Assembly (NCBI RefSeq): GCF_036321535.1
Contig: NC_087436.1
Location: 24,678,001 to 24,742,000 of the forward strand
DNA: 64,000 bases
Reading direction: 5' to 3'
Source: Camelus dromedarius
Lineage: Eukaryota
Shown here: positions 38,736 through 52,765 of the stretch, one piece after another
How the letters are laid out: every line of letters starts with the position of its first letter
How positions within the stretch are numbered: the first letter of the stretch is position 1
Position numbers and translations under genes: made by a program
The notes under the pieces: model-generated
Seen by the model: only the letters and a program-made list of their open reading frames with translations
Told to the model about the DNA's origin: nothing
Databases searched by the model: none

Positions 38736-39984
38736 AATATATATAACAGTGCACGGAGCACCCCTTTTTCTGCCACTTGTTTGGATTTCCCTCTTACTCA
38801 CATGTCATTCCTTGTTCCCATTCTTCCTGGATCCCTGATCATTTGCCTCCATCAGTGGGTCATTTGTATAGTTTCTCCAGTTTCCATGCTTTGATCTGCT
38901 CTGTTGAACTTTCACCTGGTATCCCTTGGGTCTTTTCTGCTCATCCCCACCTGCAGGATGCCGATGCTGTAGCTGCTGCCCCCACGTTGGTGACCTTGTC
39001 AGCCAAAATGCCCTGACAGTTCTTAAACACACACCTCTGGGCCACCCTCCCAACTTTCAATCCCATCAGGTCTTGAGGCCCCACCCACCCCATCTTGAGA
39101 GCTTTTATCTGAACCCTCCATCAGTTTAGAGCTACACACTGGAAAACACATCGTATTGCATTTCTACCATAGCTCCTATTAATACTTCACTGTGTTTACT
39201 TAGCCATATGTCTGTTTCCTCTGCTTATATCAAAAGCATTTTGAAGGAAAGAATTGTATGTTACTGTGTTGTGGAGGTTTTGTCTGTCACAGATTTGCCA
39301 TCTAGGGTCTTGACATAACCTCTCCCTTTTGTGGATTCAGGGTCTGTTGATAGAAATGAGCAGAGTATAAAGTTTAACCCTTGCGGTTGAGTTTTTATCG
39401 TGTTCTATCCAGCTTTGTATCGGTCTGCTTAACACCTAGTGGGGAGTTCCTTTGCTCTTAGGTTTCCATTGTGTACTAAACATAACATTGACCTAGGTGT
39501 CACAAGACCTTGATTTACACTTTAATCCCTTGGACAGTTCATTTTGGTGGAGTCTCAGTTTTCTAATTTGTAAGAGTGGGCAATAATATTTCTCAGAATT
39601 GTCTGAGGATTTAATGCAATATTTCTGGTCAGGCTCACTGCTGGTCCATAGGAGGGCTTTGTTAAAATACAAAAAAGGCGTCTCGGCATCTAGGAACAGT
39701 CCTCTCCCAGGATGTGTCCCCTGTGAGTGGAGTGTGGGCTGTGTTCCCCACTCATCCTCTTAGCTGGGGGCATGTCCTGGTACAGGCCACAAATTGCACA
39801 GCTGTGTGCAAAGACTCCATGACTTAAAGTTTATTTTGTAATGATAAAATATCATAGTGTGTTGAGAATTATTAATAATAATATAGACTCTGACTACCCT
39901 ATCTCCATCCATTTAATCATTCCACCTCTTTCCACCAAATTTCCAAAGGATTTGAGGTGGCATTGATTAAATTACAGAATCACA

Positions 39985-40180
39985 GCTAATATTTGCATAA
40001 TGCTCTTTCATTGATCCAAATTACTTTATTTCACTCTCATAATGGTCTTATGAGGGGAGTGTCCTGTCTCTCACTTTACAGATGAGCAGACTGGGTCTCA
40101 GACACACATAATAAATGGTGGAGCCAGGATGGAAACCCAGATTTTCTGACTTAAACCCGTGTTCTTTTGCCAATACCATG
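39985..40180 (-). mobile_element. MIR
   Basis: CTTTACAGATGAGCAGACTGGGTCTCAGA...AAATGGTGGAGCCAGGATGGAAACCCAGA. Confidence 0.82.
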
Positions 40181-41624
40181 CCATCCAATCAGCTTGTCAC
40201 TATGATAAAATACAGTAGGACAGAACTATTTTTTATTTTCTGTACTGTAACTCAAAAATTGGAACTGCTCTTCAGTCACTGAAACTGAACAAAATCAACA
40301 TCTATTATTATAAGCACAATGGAGACATACAGAACTGGCCTTCTCTTGGTTTGTGCACTGTCTTTAGCTGTTAGGAAATTTAATTTAATTTACATGTGAG
40401 AGAAGCAGCACATTCAACCAAAGGGATGTGGATTACATAAAAAAGAGCTGTGCTTAAAAGGGACTCAAATAGCCAGAAGAAAGGCAGCTGAGAACAATGT
40501 TAATACTGGTAGCTTAAGTCATCACTCACATCCTTTATTGTGGCTACTGTATATTTCTGTGTAAATATATCTTATACAAGGGGGATTTCTATAAGCAGTA
40601 TTATGGCTAAACACAATTGGATTTCAGATAAATCTCATACATCTGTTTCATATCACCCTTTGTTACAGGATTTCAAAATGCCTGTGAAACACTAAGGAAA
40701 TGAAATGATATCTAGCTTCTTATCAAAAGAGCAAGGGTATTACACTGATGGTTATGAGAAATAGGAGCAAAGAGATGGTTTGAAATTGCATGTATGCCAC
40801 TCAGAACCACAACCCTGGGCTTCAGAAATCACCCATTGTTGGATATTTTCTTAGAAAATATACATTTCCATGATTCCTTTTACTGTAATTACTCCTCCAG
40901 TTTCAACATCATTTTTATTGTTCAGAGTAAGCATTGTATTTTTTATTTCAGTGATACCAGATTTGGGAAAACTTCACAAAGTAAACTGGATCTATTTCCA
41001 TAATTCCAGGCCTTGGGGTTTTTTTTCCCAGAGGTTGAAGGTAATGGTTGCAACCTCATCCCTGGAGAAGTGCCAAAGTCAAGTGGCTTTCAAAACAAAG
41101 AGAGTCTGGGCTTCTTGTGACTGAGTTGAAATATGGGAAGAAAGAGACTGACCCCTTCTTGTAGCTCTTGTTGGGGAACAGAACAAACACTCACACTCTA
41201 GTCTAAATTTGTCATCAGTGTCATGGTGTCTCAGGAGACATGATTTGATTTGTGGCAACACTGAATCCAGATTACAGAGAGCAAGGAGAGCCCATATGGT
41301 GCTTGGCATTTTGGCAAGAAGTGTGAGTGAAATAGGAACTTACTGGTTTTAATTTCAGATAATTCTCAAGGAATTCTTTTCAGGATATAAGGGAGCTTTA
41401 GGATAGTTTAGTCCAACATTTTTGTTTTCAACAAAGAAATTGTAGAAATCCAGAGTGGCAAGAAGCCTTGGTGGTGGTGGTGACACCAAGACCAAGGCCT
41501 TTTGGATGCCAGTCAGTACCTCCCTCACCCCACCATTCAACTACTTCCTTTTCTCTTAGAGATAACGATAAATATATTTATTAAAAATAGTATAGATAAG
41601 ATTTATTTAAAACTTCTCTTTTTT

Positions 41625-41820
41625 TTGAATTTTGGGCACTATACTTTATTATTTCATTGAGTCTCTCTGAAACCTTATGACTCTAAGTATTACAATATTG
41701 TTACAGATGAGGAAACTGAGACATATGGAGGTGATTGAGGACCTTGATCTGAATTGCACACTTGTGAGAGCCAGGATTCCAACCCAGTCTTATCTCAGAG
41801 ACCATCCTCTCAACTGCCAC
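41625..41820 (-). mobile_element. MIR
   Basis: TTACAGATGAGGAAACTGAGAC...GAGCCAGGATTCCAACCCAG. Confidence 0.88.
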
Positions 41821-44551
41821 TGAAACTAACCCCCTTTCCTTCAGTCTCCTTGGGAAGGAGTTTCGGTTGAGTATGAGCCCAAGTATTAGCCAAGGAACCC
41901 AGGAGGAGAGACACACTTCACTCTCCATCTGGCACTCGCTGTCTCCTTTCTCATTTTTATACTCTTCTGTATTCTGCTTTCTATAAGTTTTTCCTTTGAC
42001 ATTCTTGAAACCAGAGGCAGCACACTTACTGACTTGAAGCATTCCACCTTGATTTCCCATTTCTAGCTCCAAGCTTCATCTGAAGTTTTCCTTCTTGTTT
42101 TATTTATACATTTGATTGTAAAGGTCCTTAAGGCAGAGACTTCACTGGGGTTTTATTGTGTGTACAATCTTATTTATTGTTATAAGGCTGTATATACTTT
42201 TGGCACACATATAAATATTAAAATAATATTACTCACTTAGATAGAGGAGATTTGTATGTAGTCATTCTTTACAAAGAGCAGGCAGTTTGATTGCTTTTGT
42301 GAGAGAGGTTATAAGTGGGTCCCTCTGCTTTTCTTAAACTTATGCATGTTCTTTATATTGAGGGTAAAGGAAGTATATTTTCCTTCTGACTTTATTGAAG
42401 TTTGGCAGTGGTGAGAACACTTGTTGCATTAAGAGCATTTCCCTGTTTAGTTGAACGGTTTGCTGCCTTTGGCTCTGTATTTAAGAAAATGCACTGTTTG
42501 TGGGTGAGAAACATAACAATGAGGTACTTCGTGCCTGAAAGCATTTCTGCAAAATGCTAGAACTTGATTTATGGTGTGAATATTGCTTGGAGGGTGATAA
42601 ATATGCATTGTGGATCCAATTTTGATCCCAGCAATCCAAACCACACAATTTCATTGCGTCTAGGGTTGCTCAGTGACATTTGTATGCCCATAGCTGGAAT
42701 ACTGGTTTGCTTCTGAACATGGTTCAGGCATGTCCAACATAGCTAATGAACCAGGGGCCAGACAAATTGAGGTTTTCAATTTATTTTCTCAGGGACGGTG
42801 TAGCTTCCCAGGAAAGAACACAAGCGGTGTCCCCTGCTGGTGTGCCGACATGTCTGGGCATCTCTGCTGACCTGGCAGGGATGCCCAGTGAAGTCTATTT
42901 GCGGGGGGATGGAAGGGACTTCTGGGAAAGCACCCAACTTAAGTGATGGAGAGCCAGGCATGACTGGATTGACTCAGGAGCAGGTAGAGATGTTTTGAGG
43001 ACTGTGTACTGCATGTGGCTTGGATTTGTCTCCTTGACACAGCCCCTCTGCCCTCAAGAGTGTAAGCAAAAGCCTGATTTTTTGGTCAACACTACCAAAC
43101 AATGGGACACATCAGCTGCTTAGGGGCCTTGAAGGGACTGTCCACAGAGGGGAGTGTTCCATTCTCCCTTCTTCCTCACTGTGGACCATTGTCCACTTGG
43201 CTTTATTAGGGCCCTTGGTTGTCTCATTCTAGAGCAGTAAGTTCGCTGACCACCACATCTGTCTTGCCTGCCGTGCAGAGAACTCCATGAGAGTGAGGAC
43301 AGCTTCTCTCTTGTGTCCTACAGTATCCTCAGTGATCAGCGTAGGGCTGGCCTCTTAGAGGAGCTCCATCAGTGTGTTGTTGGATGAATGGAGTTTGGGT
43401 GGAGGAATGCAGTGATGGTCAAGGCTGCACTGGATGCCTGGCAGAGCTGGGATGAGCTTCTGTGCCTTGTACAGAAGTAGGAAGGACTAGGGAGTAGAGC
43501 TGCCTTGGATGGTGGGACCAAGTATTAACCAGTCGGCCCTTCCAAGTCAGAGAGGAGAAGTAAACCGGTACTTGCTTTTACCATTTTTGGTGGGTACGTA
43601 TTTCACAATTCTGTCTTTCTTAGTTTCTGCCATGGGACGTCAAATTTATGGCAGCCTCTCAGTTTACAAGAGCAGAGCCTTTGATCGGCTTCACTGAGTG
43701 AAGCCAGTGCCGGTCACAGGTGTCGGGGACTGACATCACTTATGCTCCTGCCACTTGTTTCTCCTCTGTGTCCTAAGTTTCAGAAATGTCTCTGGTTGTC
43801 TGTGCTGCTCATCTTCTGGCCCCAGGATCGGAAGACTTTAACGTTCTTGTTCCAGCCGTTTCCAGGTTACCAGGTGTCACTTTGGTGCCACCTGCTAAGT
43901 CCTGCCCTTCTCTAGTATATTTTCTTTCTCCACTCTTCTTTTTAATCTGCAGAGCGTGTGTCTCAGGGCTCTTTAAACCTTCATGGCCAAGTATGGTTTT
44001 AAGACCTGCAGTAAGAGCCAATCACAGTTACAGATTAACCCAGTGACACATGCTAATGAGGCTGAACATGGACATAAGAAGGAGCATATTCATCATGAGG
44101 CCATTAAATCTCATTTCCATCAGAAACTTGAAAACCTCAGGGGGATCAAAAGTTCTATGTGATGACGCTGAGAAAAGAGAATTGCTCTGGCCTTAAAAAC
44201 AATGTTCTGGAGATTACTAGACAGTTGAAAACGTAATGTTCTTGCACAGGGACAAATAATGACAGCATTTGTGGATGTTGTGAGGACAATAAGGTCAGAG
44301 TTAACTTAAAGAAGCTCCCAGTGTCTTTCTATTTTTCTGGAACCTCTCTGGCTCTGCCATGATTCTGGACTTTTATGCATCCATGTCCCCTTTTCCATCT
44401 GCCAAACTCCTACTTATTTTTTAAGACTTAGATCCTTAGTGAAGCTTCCAGAAGTTTCCAGACAGAGATAGATGCCCCGCACCCCCTAACACATGCTTCT
44501 ATAGCTTCCTTTGGAGCATATATGTGTTGTAATAGTTACCAAGATATAGGG

Positions 44552-44879
44552 CAGGAGTTGGCAAGTTTTCTGTAAAGGGCCAGATAGTAAACATTTTCAG
44601 TTTTGCCAGCCATATGGTCTTAGTTGCAACTATTCAAGTTGGCTGTTGGATGTAAGCAGTAATAGACAATATCTAAATGAATGAGTGTGGCTGTGCTCCA
44701 ATAAAATTTCATTATGGACTCTGAGATTTGGATTTCATGTCCTCTTCAGAAGTCATGAAATACTCTTCTTCATTTGATTTTTTTCCCCTTAACATTAAAA
44801 AATGTAAAAAAACCATTCTTAGCTCGTGGACCACACAAAAATAGGCACAGATTTGGCTCGTGGGCTCTGCCCAGCACTG
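44552..44879. mobile_element. MER58(B-like) hAT-Charlie MITE within an L2 remnant
   Basis: CAGGAGTTGGCAAGTTTTCTGTAAAGGGCCAGATAGTAAA...GTGTGGCTGTGCTCCAATAAAA...ACCATTCTTAGCTCGTGG. Confidence 0.88.
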
Positions 44880-45039
44880 AGGTAGAGCTTTCATTTGGCC
44901 ACGTGTCTGTCTCTCCCATTTGACTGTAAGCAAGTTGAGCTCAGATAGTGGAATCCTAGACCACGGTGTAGTTCCCGGCACCCAGGAAGGAAGGACTCAA
45001 CAAGTACTCGCTAAATGGATGCCTGGGCAGAAGTATGAA

Positions 45040-45380
45040 GTAATAATATTTCCCAGTATTTGCTGAGCACTTAAATGGTGTCAAGCATTGAGCTGAGCAC
45101 TTTATATGCATTTCTCTTTTAATCCTCAATTTTGCCATCGAGAAACATTAAAGGCAACAGTTACCATTAGACACTGTTAAATATGTCTATGTTGTCACAT
45201 TTAATCCTCTCAACAACCCTATGGTGAGTAAGGACTGATAATATCCACTCTTACAGCTGAGGGAAATTAAGTTTGGAGAGATTATTTGCCTAAGGTTACC
45301 CAGCTAGGGAGTAGTCTGGGGTGAGAAAGAGCCTGTGTCACCAGACTTGAAAGTCCCAAGTCGTAAGCCCCATGCTGTAC
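45040..45380 (-). mobile_element. Two adjacent MIR fragments
   Basis: ATTTGCTGAGCACTTA...TTTAATCCTCA; TTTAATCCTCTCAACAACCCTATG...TTACAGCTGAGGGAAATT...TTGCCTAAGGTTAC. Confidence 0.85.
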
Positions 45381-47794
45381 AGTGTCAAAACTTGGATGTC
45401 CTCTTGAAGAACTTGACTATGATGCAGCTTCTAGGACCATAGTGATGCTGAAACAGGCATGGGGGACTTTTCTCCCCCTAGCCATTTTGTTATGTTTAAG
45501 AACTACCATGACTCTGTTTCTGACTAGCTGTGTAATGTTTGGAATGTTGCTTAACTTTTCAGGGTCCATGACTTCCACTGGTATAGCTGAGCATTTGAAT
45601 TACATGCCATTAAATATCTCCTCTATGATGAGTTTCCATAATTTTGTTCTCTGCTGTTTTCTGCTTACATACTGCTATTATCTGTCTCCATTCTTCTCTC
45701 AACCTTGACTTCAGAAATTTCAGGTCCCATGGGGTAGCTTGGACTCAGAAGGGAGGAAGGGAGAAGGGAAATATTCATCTAGCCACAAACACATTTTTAA
45801 GTCCATAAAATGGTAGCCTTTAGGGTATTTGTTTTTTGGCATTTTCTGATGGAAAGGTAGCTGTTCCAAGAAAAACAAGTAACATTATTGTCTATAACTA
45901 AATGACAATAGTGATAGCATCTTATATTTCCCAGGCACCGTTTAAAAGTACCTTTTTGAAGGCATTATCTAATTCATCCTTTCGATATTCTTTTGAGACA
46001 GGTAAGAATCTTTTTTATTAGAGCATCCTTTTATATAGCTGCAGAATGAGCTTTTCTTTGTTGTAAACCAAAAGGCACTGAGTGTCCTAGAGAGATTTCA
46101 ATAGCAGGCCACTGGGTGAGCGGTCACTTCTCAGACTGATGGTCATAATCCTTAAGAAAAAAAAAAAAGCCAGGCTTCTCCTGACTTTTAGAAATTAAAA
46201 AAAATATATATTTTCCACTTAATATAAATGTGGCCTTTGGTATTTAAAAATCTGACATCCTTGTCTGGCTGGTGAATATGAGTCAGTTGAATTGAATGGG
46301 GTGGAAATATCTAGCTCGTTCCAAATAAATATTTGCTGGAGGAGTGAAGGGATGGTTGAGACAATCTTCAGAAAGGCAGGAATGGTATCTATGCGGAAGT
46401 TCCACTCAATGTGGCCATGTCACCAGGCCCAAGCAAACTGTACAGGCAAGATCTTTGGCCTCTATTAGATTCGCCTGTGCTTAAGTGACTTCTCTCTGTT
46501 TGTCTAGAGGGATGGACCTGTCAAAGTAAAATAAAGCAAAGCTTCAGAATTCTCTATAAATAAATAATTCAAATGATCTTTTCCGAATACAACTTTTAGA
46601 TTTGTATAAAATATAACACCTCCACGGTGTCTTTGCAGTGCAGACATTGGCATTTAGCTTTGTTTAGCAGTGTTGATCACAAATATGCCCTGAGAGCCAA
46701 GGAAGGCCATTGATCACATGACTAAAGGGATAGAATTTGTTTGGGGGGCCTTTCCACTTCCCTGTTTGCATCCAGGTGACCAGATCCCTCATCCTGCCCT
46801 TGACCTCTCCCGACCCCATAGGAGTGCTCTGCCCATGCCAACCCTCCCTTGGGGTTCTACATCATCAGGACATCTCTACTTCTCTTCATCCCTTTCCCAT
46901 TGCCTTCACTTCCTTAGAACATTCTGCCCTCTCAAGGTAGGAAATCAAGTTGATAAGTAAATTCACATTATTGTATAAATTAATGATAGGCTCTTGGATT
47001 TTATGAATAAGGGAAATTAAAAAAAAATGAATTGCCATTTTTTCTATTCAACTCCTATCACCATAATTTTATCAGATAAAGGATAGCTGAATATCTTCAA
47101 ATTAAAATAAATATAATCTTACAATAGAAGAAAGTCCAGCCTAAGAGAGGACAGTTGGCAACTTCATACTGACCTGTTAAAAAAATTGGATATATTTTAA
47201 AAAGATAGAATTTAATGAAGTTACAGCATTCATTTTTATTTGATAACTTTACATGTAGAACTGTCAACTGAGCAGTCTACATCAAGAGATCAAGACTGTC
47301 TAACATGATCTGGAACATCTTTTTTTTAACATAATCATTGTTGGATATCAAAATTCATGTGGAAGGGCTTGACACGGCTGGAAGTGGGTTTTTAACTTGT
47401 TCACTTCAATTTGAAGTGTTCTAGGTGAACACAGAGAAGCTCAGGAACCTCAAGTTGCCCACTGCTTTTCCCCAACTTTTGTTTGCAGGGCTGGTGAGAA
47501 ATGTGAGAAATTAAGCTGAGAGCAGGGTGTCTGGTTAGCAAAATTTCCAAAAACAGACTCCAGAGCAAGCACTATGTAGCATCTGCTGACACGTAGGTCT
47601 GTGTGACTTGGGTGCCCCATTCTCCCACCCTGGAGTCATACAAAATGTACTTAAGAGGGAGGCTTCAGACTGGTAAAAACATTCTGCATGCACGGGCCAC
47701 ACGCCGACCAGCCTTTGGATACTGTTTGTGTAAAAGGCATCAGTAATCTTCCAAGGGTAATTTGCATTTGAAGAGCTTATTAACCGAAGAAGTG

Positions 47795-47940
47795 TCCAGT
47801 GCCCTTAATTTTAGTGTGCTCAAAGATCCTTTTAGAAATCTGATAAGAGCCCTAGATACTGTCCCCAGGAAAATGCACAAGCTCATACTAGAATTGCACT
47901 TTTTTGCAGGCAATTTCAGGAGATTTATGGATTTACAAAG
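47795..47940. mobile_element. hAT-Charlie MITE remnant (MER112/MER113-like)
   Basis: GATCCTTTTAGAAATCTGATAAGAGC...CCCCAGGAAAATGCACA...CAATTTCAGG. Confidence 0.55.
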
Positions 47941-49489
47941 CTCTACTCTAATAAATGGAATTTGGGAAGCATAAGGACGAAGTGAAGATTTCAGAAATCT
48001 GGGAGAACTGTTAGGGACATGGAACCCTACCGTGCTTTTAAATCATACCCATGGTGGGTAAGTAACCCTATTCTTAATGTCTCAAGAGTCTTAGGTCTTC
48101 TTAATTACGCACCTTTTTTCCTATGCAATAGACATAAATAGGATGAATATAACTGTAATCTGACCTGAACAGAAAGATATCTTTTTTGTTCTTCTAGAGT
48201 ATTAAAAGGTTGCCAAATGATAGCAAAATAGTCCCAGTTTATGCTTTGCATAGAAAAATATAAAAGAAATAATTGCCTTTTGATCTTTGAAACCCTCTTG
48301 GTGTTCAACCATTTAAATTTAGGCATCCTACCTAGATGGTCATGAAGAATTCATGCTCCGATGTAAGGCGGTGACACTGCCGGCATTGAGGTTGTCCTTA
48401 TGCTAAGCTCTTCTGTCTTGTAACTGTGGTGTTGAGAAGGTACAAACATAGTTAATATTTTCATAGTACCCTTGGACTCGAATTCCTCCATGTGTAACAC
48501 AATATGTGCTTATTAAGTCCTGGTGTTTTGTTTCTGATGTTTCTGTTGGTGAAAGAGATGCTAACAATTAAAGAGAGATTGCATTGCTCAATGTGTGGCA
48601 TACATTATGCATGATGCAGAGGCATGAGTCCCTTTCCCTTGCTGTGCTAATGTAGACCATCCATAAGATAGAGTGGTTGTCTATAGGCTCTTCTTTTATA
48701 TACCAATCTGTTCAATGTTGTCAGACAGGATTTCTCTGGTTAGACACACACACACATACACACACTTTTTTTTGCTTTTGACTATTTCTGTTGTAAACAT
48801 ATAGAAAGTCATAGCATGATACTTTCACACCCACCCCCCAATTCTTTTACAATTTGAAACTTGAGAATTCTGGATTTTGGGGGTCTCTTAAAGCATCTGG
48901 GCTGAAATGACAAGCCATCAGCTAGTAGACAAGAGTACGTTTGGGTGGGTCTTGTACTTGTGCTCCTTTCTGCCTTTCACCCCCTCTCCCTCCCACCCCC
49001 ATCCCTCTCCACCATGCTCCCTGGTTTCCCAGAGTCTCTAGTACAAATAAGAGAAAGTTTGGACCCAGAATATAACTCATGATTACTTTTCTCATACATA
49101 GAGATTGAATTCTATGTTGACTTTGCAAAATCTTTGTAACCAATATGAGCATAAAAGATTTGCTTCCAAGTTAGGCTCTTAATGCAGCTCAGCCTCATCT
49201 GGATGAAGACATTTGAATTGAACTGACTTTCACCTCCTAAGATGGCAACATATCTGACTTGACTTAAAGACTGTGATGCTGTTTTGGCCTGTCTGTAACT
49301 AGTTAAATGCAGTGCGTTAAGAACTTGATATAGCTTAATTCAGGATAATAGGAAACAAGGACTGGGAAATCATTGCCAGACTATTGACTTGAGAGCTGGT
49401 GTGTCTGTATTTTAGTTACTGTTGGGAACTTTATTTAAAGAGGGTTTAGTTCTTCATTTACAAGGAGAGCAACTGGAGTGATAGCATCC

Positions 49490-49865
49490 TTCTGTCAGGG
49501 ATTGATTGGCTAGATATTCACAGTCTGTTTCTTTCTCTGGGCATGTAGAAAGCCGACATTTTCCAGCCTTGTGTACAGCTGGCATGGGGCCATGTCAATG
49601 GTTTCTGGTCGGTGGGCTCTGAGGGGAAGTGATGGATGCCATTTTCAGTCCTGGTCGTGAAAATCCTTTTATAATCATCCGTATACATTCTTATCCTCCT
49701 GGGGTGTTAGAGATGACGGTGTCCTACTGTGTGGATGAGAGCCATTTAGGAGAGCTGCCCTGCACTCCCTGTGACAAGAGTGAGAAATAAACTTTTATTA
49801 TGTGAAGCCATTGAGTTGTTGGGTTTGTTAGTTACAGTAGCTGGTATTACTTATTAAAATTACAG
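49490..49865 (+). mobile_element. MLT1 (J/K-like) LTR
   Basis: ACATTTTCCAGCCT...GGCCATGT...GTGAGAAATAAACTTTTATTATGTGAAGCCATTGAG...GTTAGTTACAGTAGC. Confidence 0.82.
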
Positions 49866-50069
49866 TCACATTGCCTTCGAGATGCCTGTTTCAAAACTGT
49901 GTTTCTGAACATAGGCTTTGTATAATTTCTATTATTACATAACCTTAAAGTTAAAGGAATTGATCATACAACTAAGGATATTTGAAGAAAATTTCACATT
50001 CCTTTTCTACTTTTATAAATAAATCCTTACTGAATGCTTCCTCTGTAAGACTTATGTGAGACACAGCAT

Positions 50070-50295
50070 CTTTTTTCTTTCTTTCTTTCTTTCTTTTTTC
50101 TTTTTTTTATTGAAGTATAGTTGATTTACAATGTTAGTTTCAGGTATACAGCAAAGCAATTCAGTTATACATATATATACATATATAAATATTTTTTCAG
50201 TTTCTTTTCCATTACAGCTCATTACAAGAAACTGAATGTAGTTCCCTGTATTATACAGTAGGTCCTGGTTGCTTATCTATTTTATGTATGGTAAT
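50070..50295 (-). mobile_element. L1 3' tail with TSD
   Basis: T-tract + ATTGAAGTATAGTTGATTTACAATG; TGAGACACAGC at 50057-50067 and 50316-50326. Confidence 0.9.
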
Positions 50296-50329
50296 TTTTT
50301 TCTTTTTTTTTTAAATGAGACACAGCTTC

Positions 50330-50869
50330 TGATACAGCTCTTGATGATCCCAGCTTCTGGTACTCATGCCCTTGTGTAGTCAGTGTAGGCTGGATCTAGT
50401 GGGTCACATCTAACAAAGGGAACATGCACAAGTGATGGGATGTCTCTACCATGACAAAAGCCTGTAACTCCTGTCTTGCCAGCATGCTCTCTCTCTTGCT
50501 GGCACTCTCTTGCCTTCTCACTTGTTTGCTCTGATGAAACCAGATGCTATGTTGTGTGTTACCCTATGAGAGACCCAGGTAGCCAGGAACGGGGGACGGC
50601 CTCCAGTCAACAGCTGATGTGGAACTGAAACCTGCCAGCCACCACTGGAGTGAGCTTGGAAAGCAGGTCCACTCCCAGCTGGGCCCTCAGATGAGACTGT
50701 GGCCCCTGCCAGCCTGATGACAGCCTATGAAAGACCCAGAGCCAGGAAACCCAGCTAAGCCTTGCTCAGATTCCTGATTCACAGAAACTGTGAAATAATA
50801 GTTGATGCTCTAAGCCACTACATTTTGGGGTAATTTTTTTTTTTTTTGCACCAATTGAGAACTAATACA
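50330..50869 (+). mobile_element. MLT1 (E/F-like) LTR
   Basis: AGTGATGGGATGTC...GTGAGCTTGGAAAGCAG...CCCAGCTAAGCC...ACAGAAACTGTGAAATAATA...AACTAATACA. Confidence 0.9.
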
Positions 50870-51941
50870 GCATACAGCAATCTACGAGATAGTCAGGAGA
50901 TGATGATGGCTAAAGAATGACGTCTGTCTTTAAGGAGCACGTGGTTCCATAGTGACTGCCAGAGTGGCCACTTGAATAAAGTGTTTAGGGATGGGGAGGA
51001 AAGTTCTGTTCATTCTGCCAGGGGTTGTTAGAGGAAATTGTGTTGAGGAACTGGCACTGGGTTTGATTAGGATTTGACTGCAAAGGAGTGGCGAAAGGAC
51101 ATTTCAGCCATGGAGAGCAGCATAGGGAGGTGAGAAAGTCTGACACGTTTGGGAAATGTCTGGTGGTCTAGTGAGGCAGGATTACAGGTGAATGAGGAGG
51201 GCGCGGTACGGGTGCATGGGGGACACGAGGCTGCAGAGACAATAGAACTTTTTCCTTTACCAGGGATAAAGTGGCGGACCATGGGTTGAAAATTTGTCTG
51301 TTGAAACTAGTATCAACCAAGGGGTGAAGAACACAGAGCCCAAATTAGAGGCAAGAAAAAAAGTCCCTTTGGTACTTTATCATCCACATAGTTCAGGCCT
51401 AGATAATACCAAACTAAATAATTAAAAGCTCATCACATCATTTGGTTTGATATTAAAAATGGTTTTGTCTGATTTTTCATTGAGTTCTTTTTGTGCAAAA
51501 TGAATATAGTTAAAATCTTTCTCGAGGTGAGGATGTGGTAACTACTCTTCCTGTGGTAATTGTTTTGCAAGTTATACATGTTTTACATCATTACATTCTA
51601 CAGCTTAAACTTACACAATGTTATATGCCAATTATAGTTCAATAAAGCTGGAGGAAAAAAAATCTGTGTAAATATAAAAACAAACAAAACAAACCCTGTT
51701 TTAAGGTAACTTATCCCTTTTTTTGTGGTTTCAAGGGTCTTTTGACAGAATGCTATATTCCTCCCCTGGGAATAATGATGGAGACATCCTTCTTTTCACT
51801 GAACCTACAAGCTCACTGGGTCTTCTATTACTACATTCTTGAATATGGAGGTGGTGGCAGGGATTGAGCTATGTATTTATATTTAAACTCATCTATGGAA
51901 AGAATCCAAGCATCAGAAAACTATTGCAGCACTGAATTTCT

Positions 51942-52144
51942 TTTTTCAAAAAAATTCTTATTTTTTATTGTAGTCAATTTACAGTATTAGTTTTAGGTAT
52001 AGAGCAAAGTGATTCAGTTATGCATATACGTATGTACATGTATAGTTTTTCAGTTTCTCTTCCATTATGGCTCATTATAAGAAATTGAATATAGTTCTCT
52101 GTGCTGTACAGTAGGTCCTGGTTGTTCTTCTGTTTTATATATAG
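51942..52144 (-). mobile_element. L1 3' tail with 18-bp TSD
   Basis: TTGCAGCACTGAA(T/C)TTCT at 51924-51941 and 52145-52162. Confidence 0.92.
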
Positions 52145-52309
52145 TTGCAGCACTGAACTTCTAAAGGATATGGTAAATAACAGAATAAGGTACTTCACAA
52201 GTTGGTAACTGTATAACATCACCAAGCCCCACATTTCTCAACTACAGGCACTGTTAGAGAAAGGAAAGTGACTCAGCCTGAGGCAAACACTGTTTTTTTT
52301 TTAAAAAGG

Positions 52310-52765
52310 CAAAGAACAAAATAATGCCATTTGCAGCAACATAAATGGACCTAGAGATTGTCATTCTAAGTGAAGTAAGCCAGAAAGAGAAAAACAAATA
52401 CCATATGATATCACTTATATATGGACTCTAAGGAAAAAAGACACAAATCAACATATTTATAAAACAGAAACAGACTCACAGACATAGAAAACAAACTTTT
52501 GTTTCTATGGAGGAGAAAGCGGGTAGGGAAGGGATAAATTGGGAGTTCGAGATTTGCAGACACTAACTACTATATATAACATAGATTAAACAACAAGTTT
52601 CTTCAGGATAGCACAAGGAACTATATTCAATATCTTGTAGTAACCTATAATGAAAAAGAATGTGAAAAGAAATATATATATAACTGGAACATTATGCTGT
52701 ACACCAGAAATTAATACAATTTTGTAAACTGACTATACTTCAACTTAAAAAAAATGAATAAAAAA
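52310..52765 (+). mobile_element. 5'-truncated L1
   Basis: Same 3'UTR type as 38280-38735, ending AACTGACTATACTTCAAC + A-tail. Confidence 0.93.

Noticed and set aside
47910..48057. Plus-strand exon candidate (TTTTTTGCAG...GG|GTAAGT)
   Set aside because: It has stops in all three frames, and the acceptor lies in a MITE remnant; there is no support beyond the motifs.
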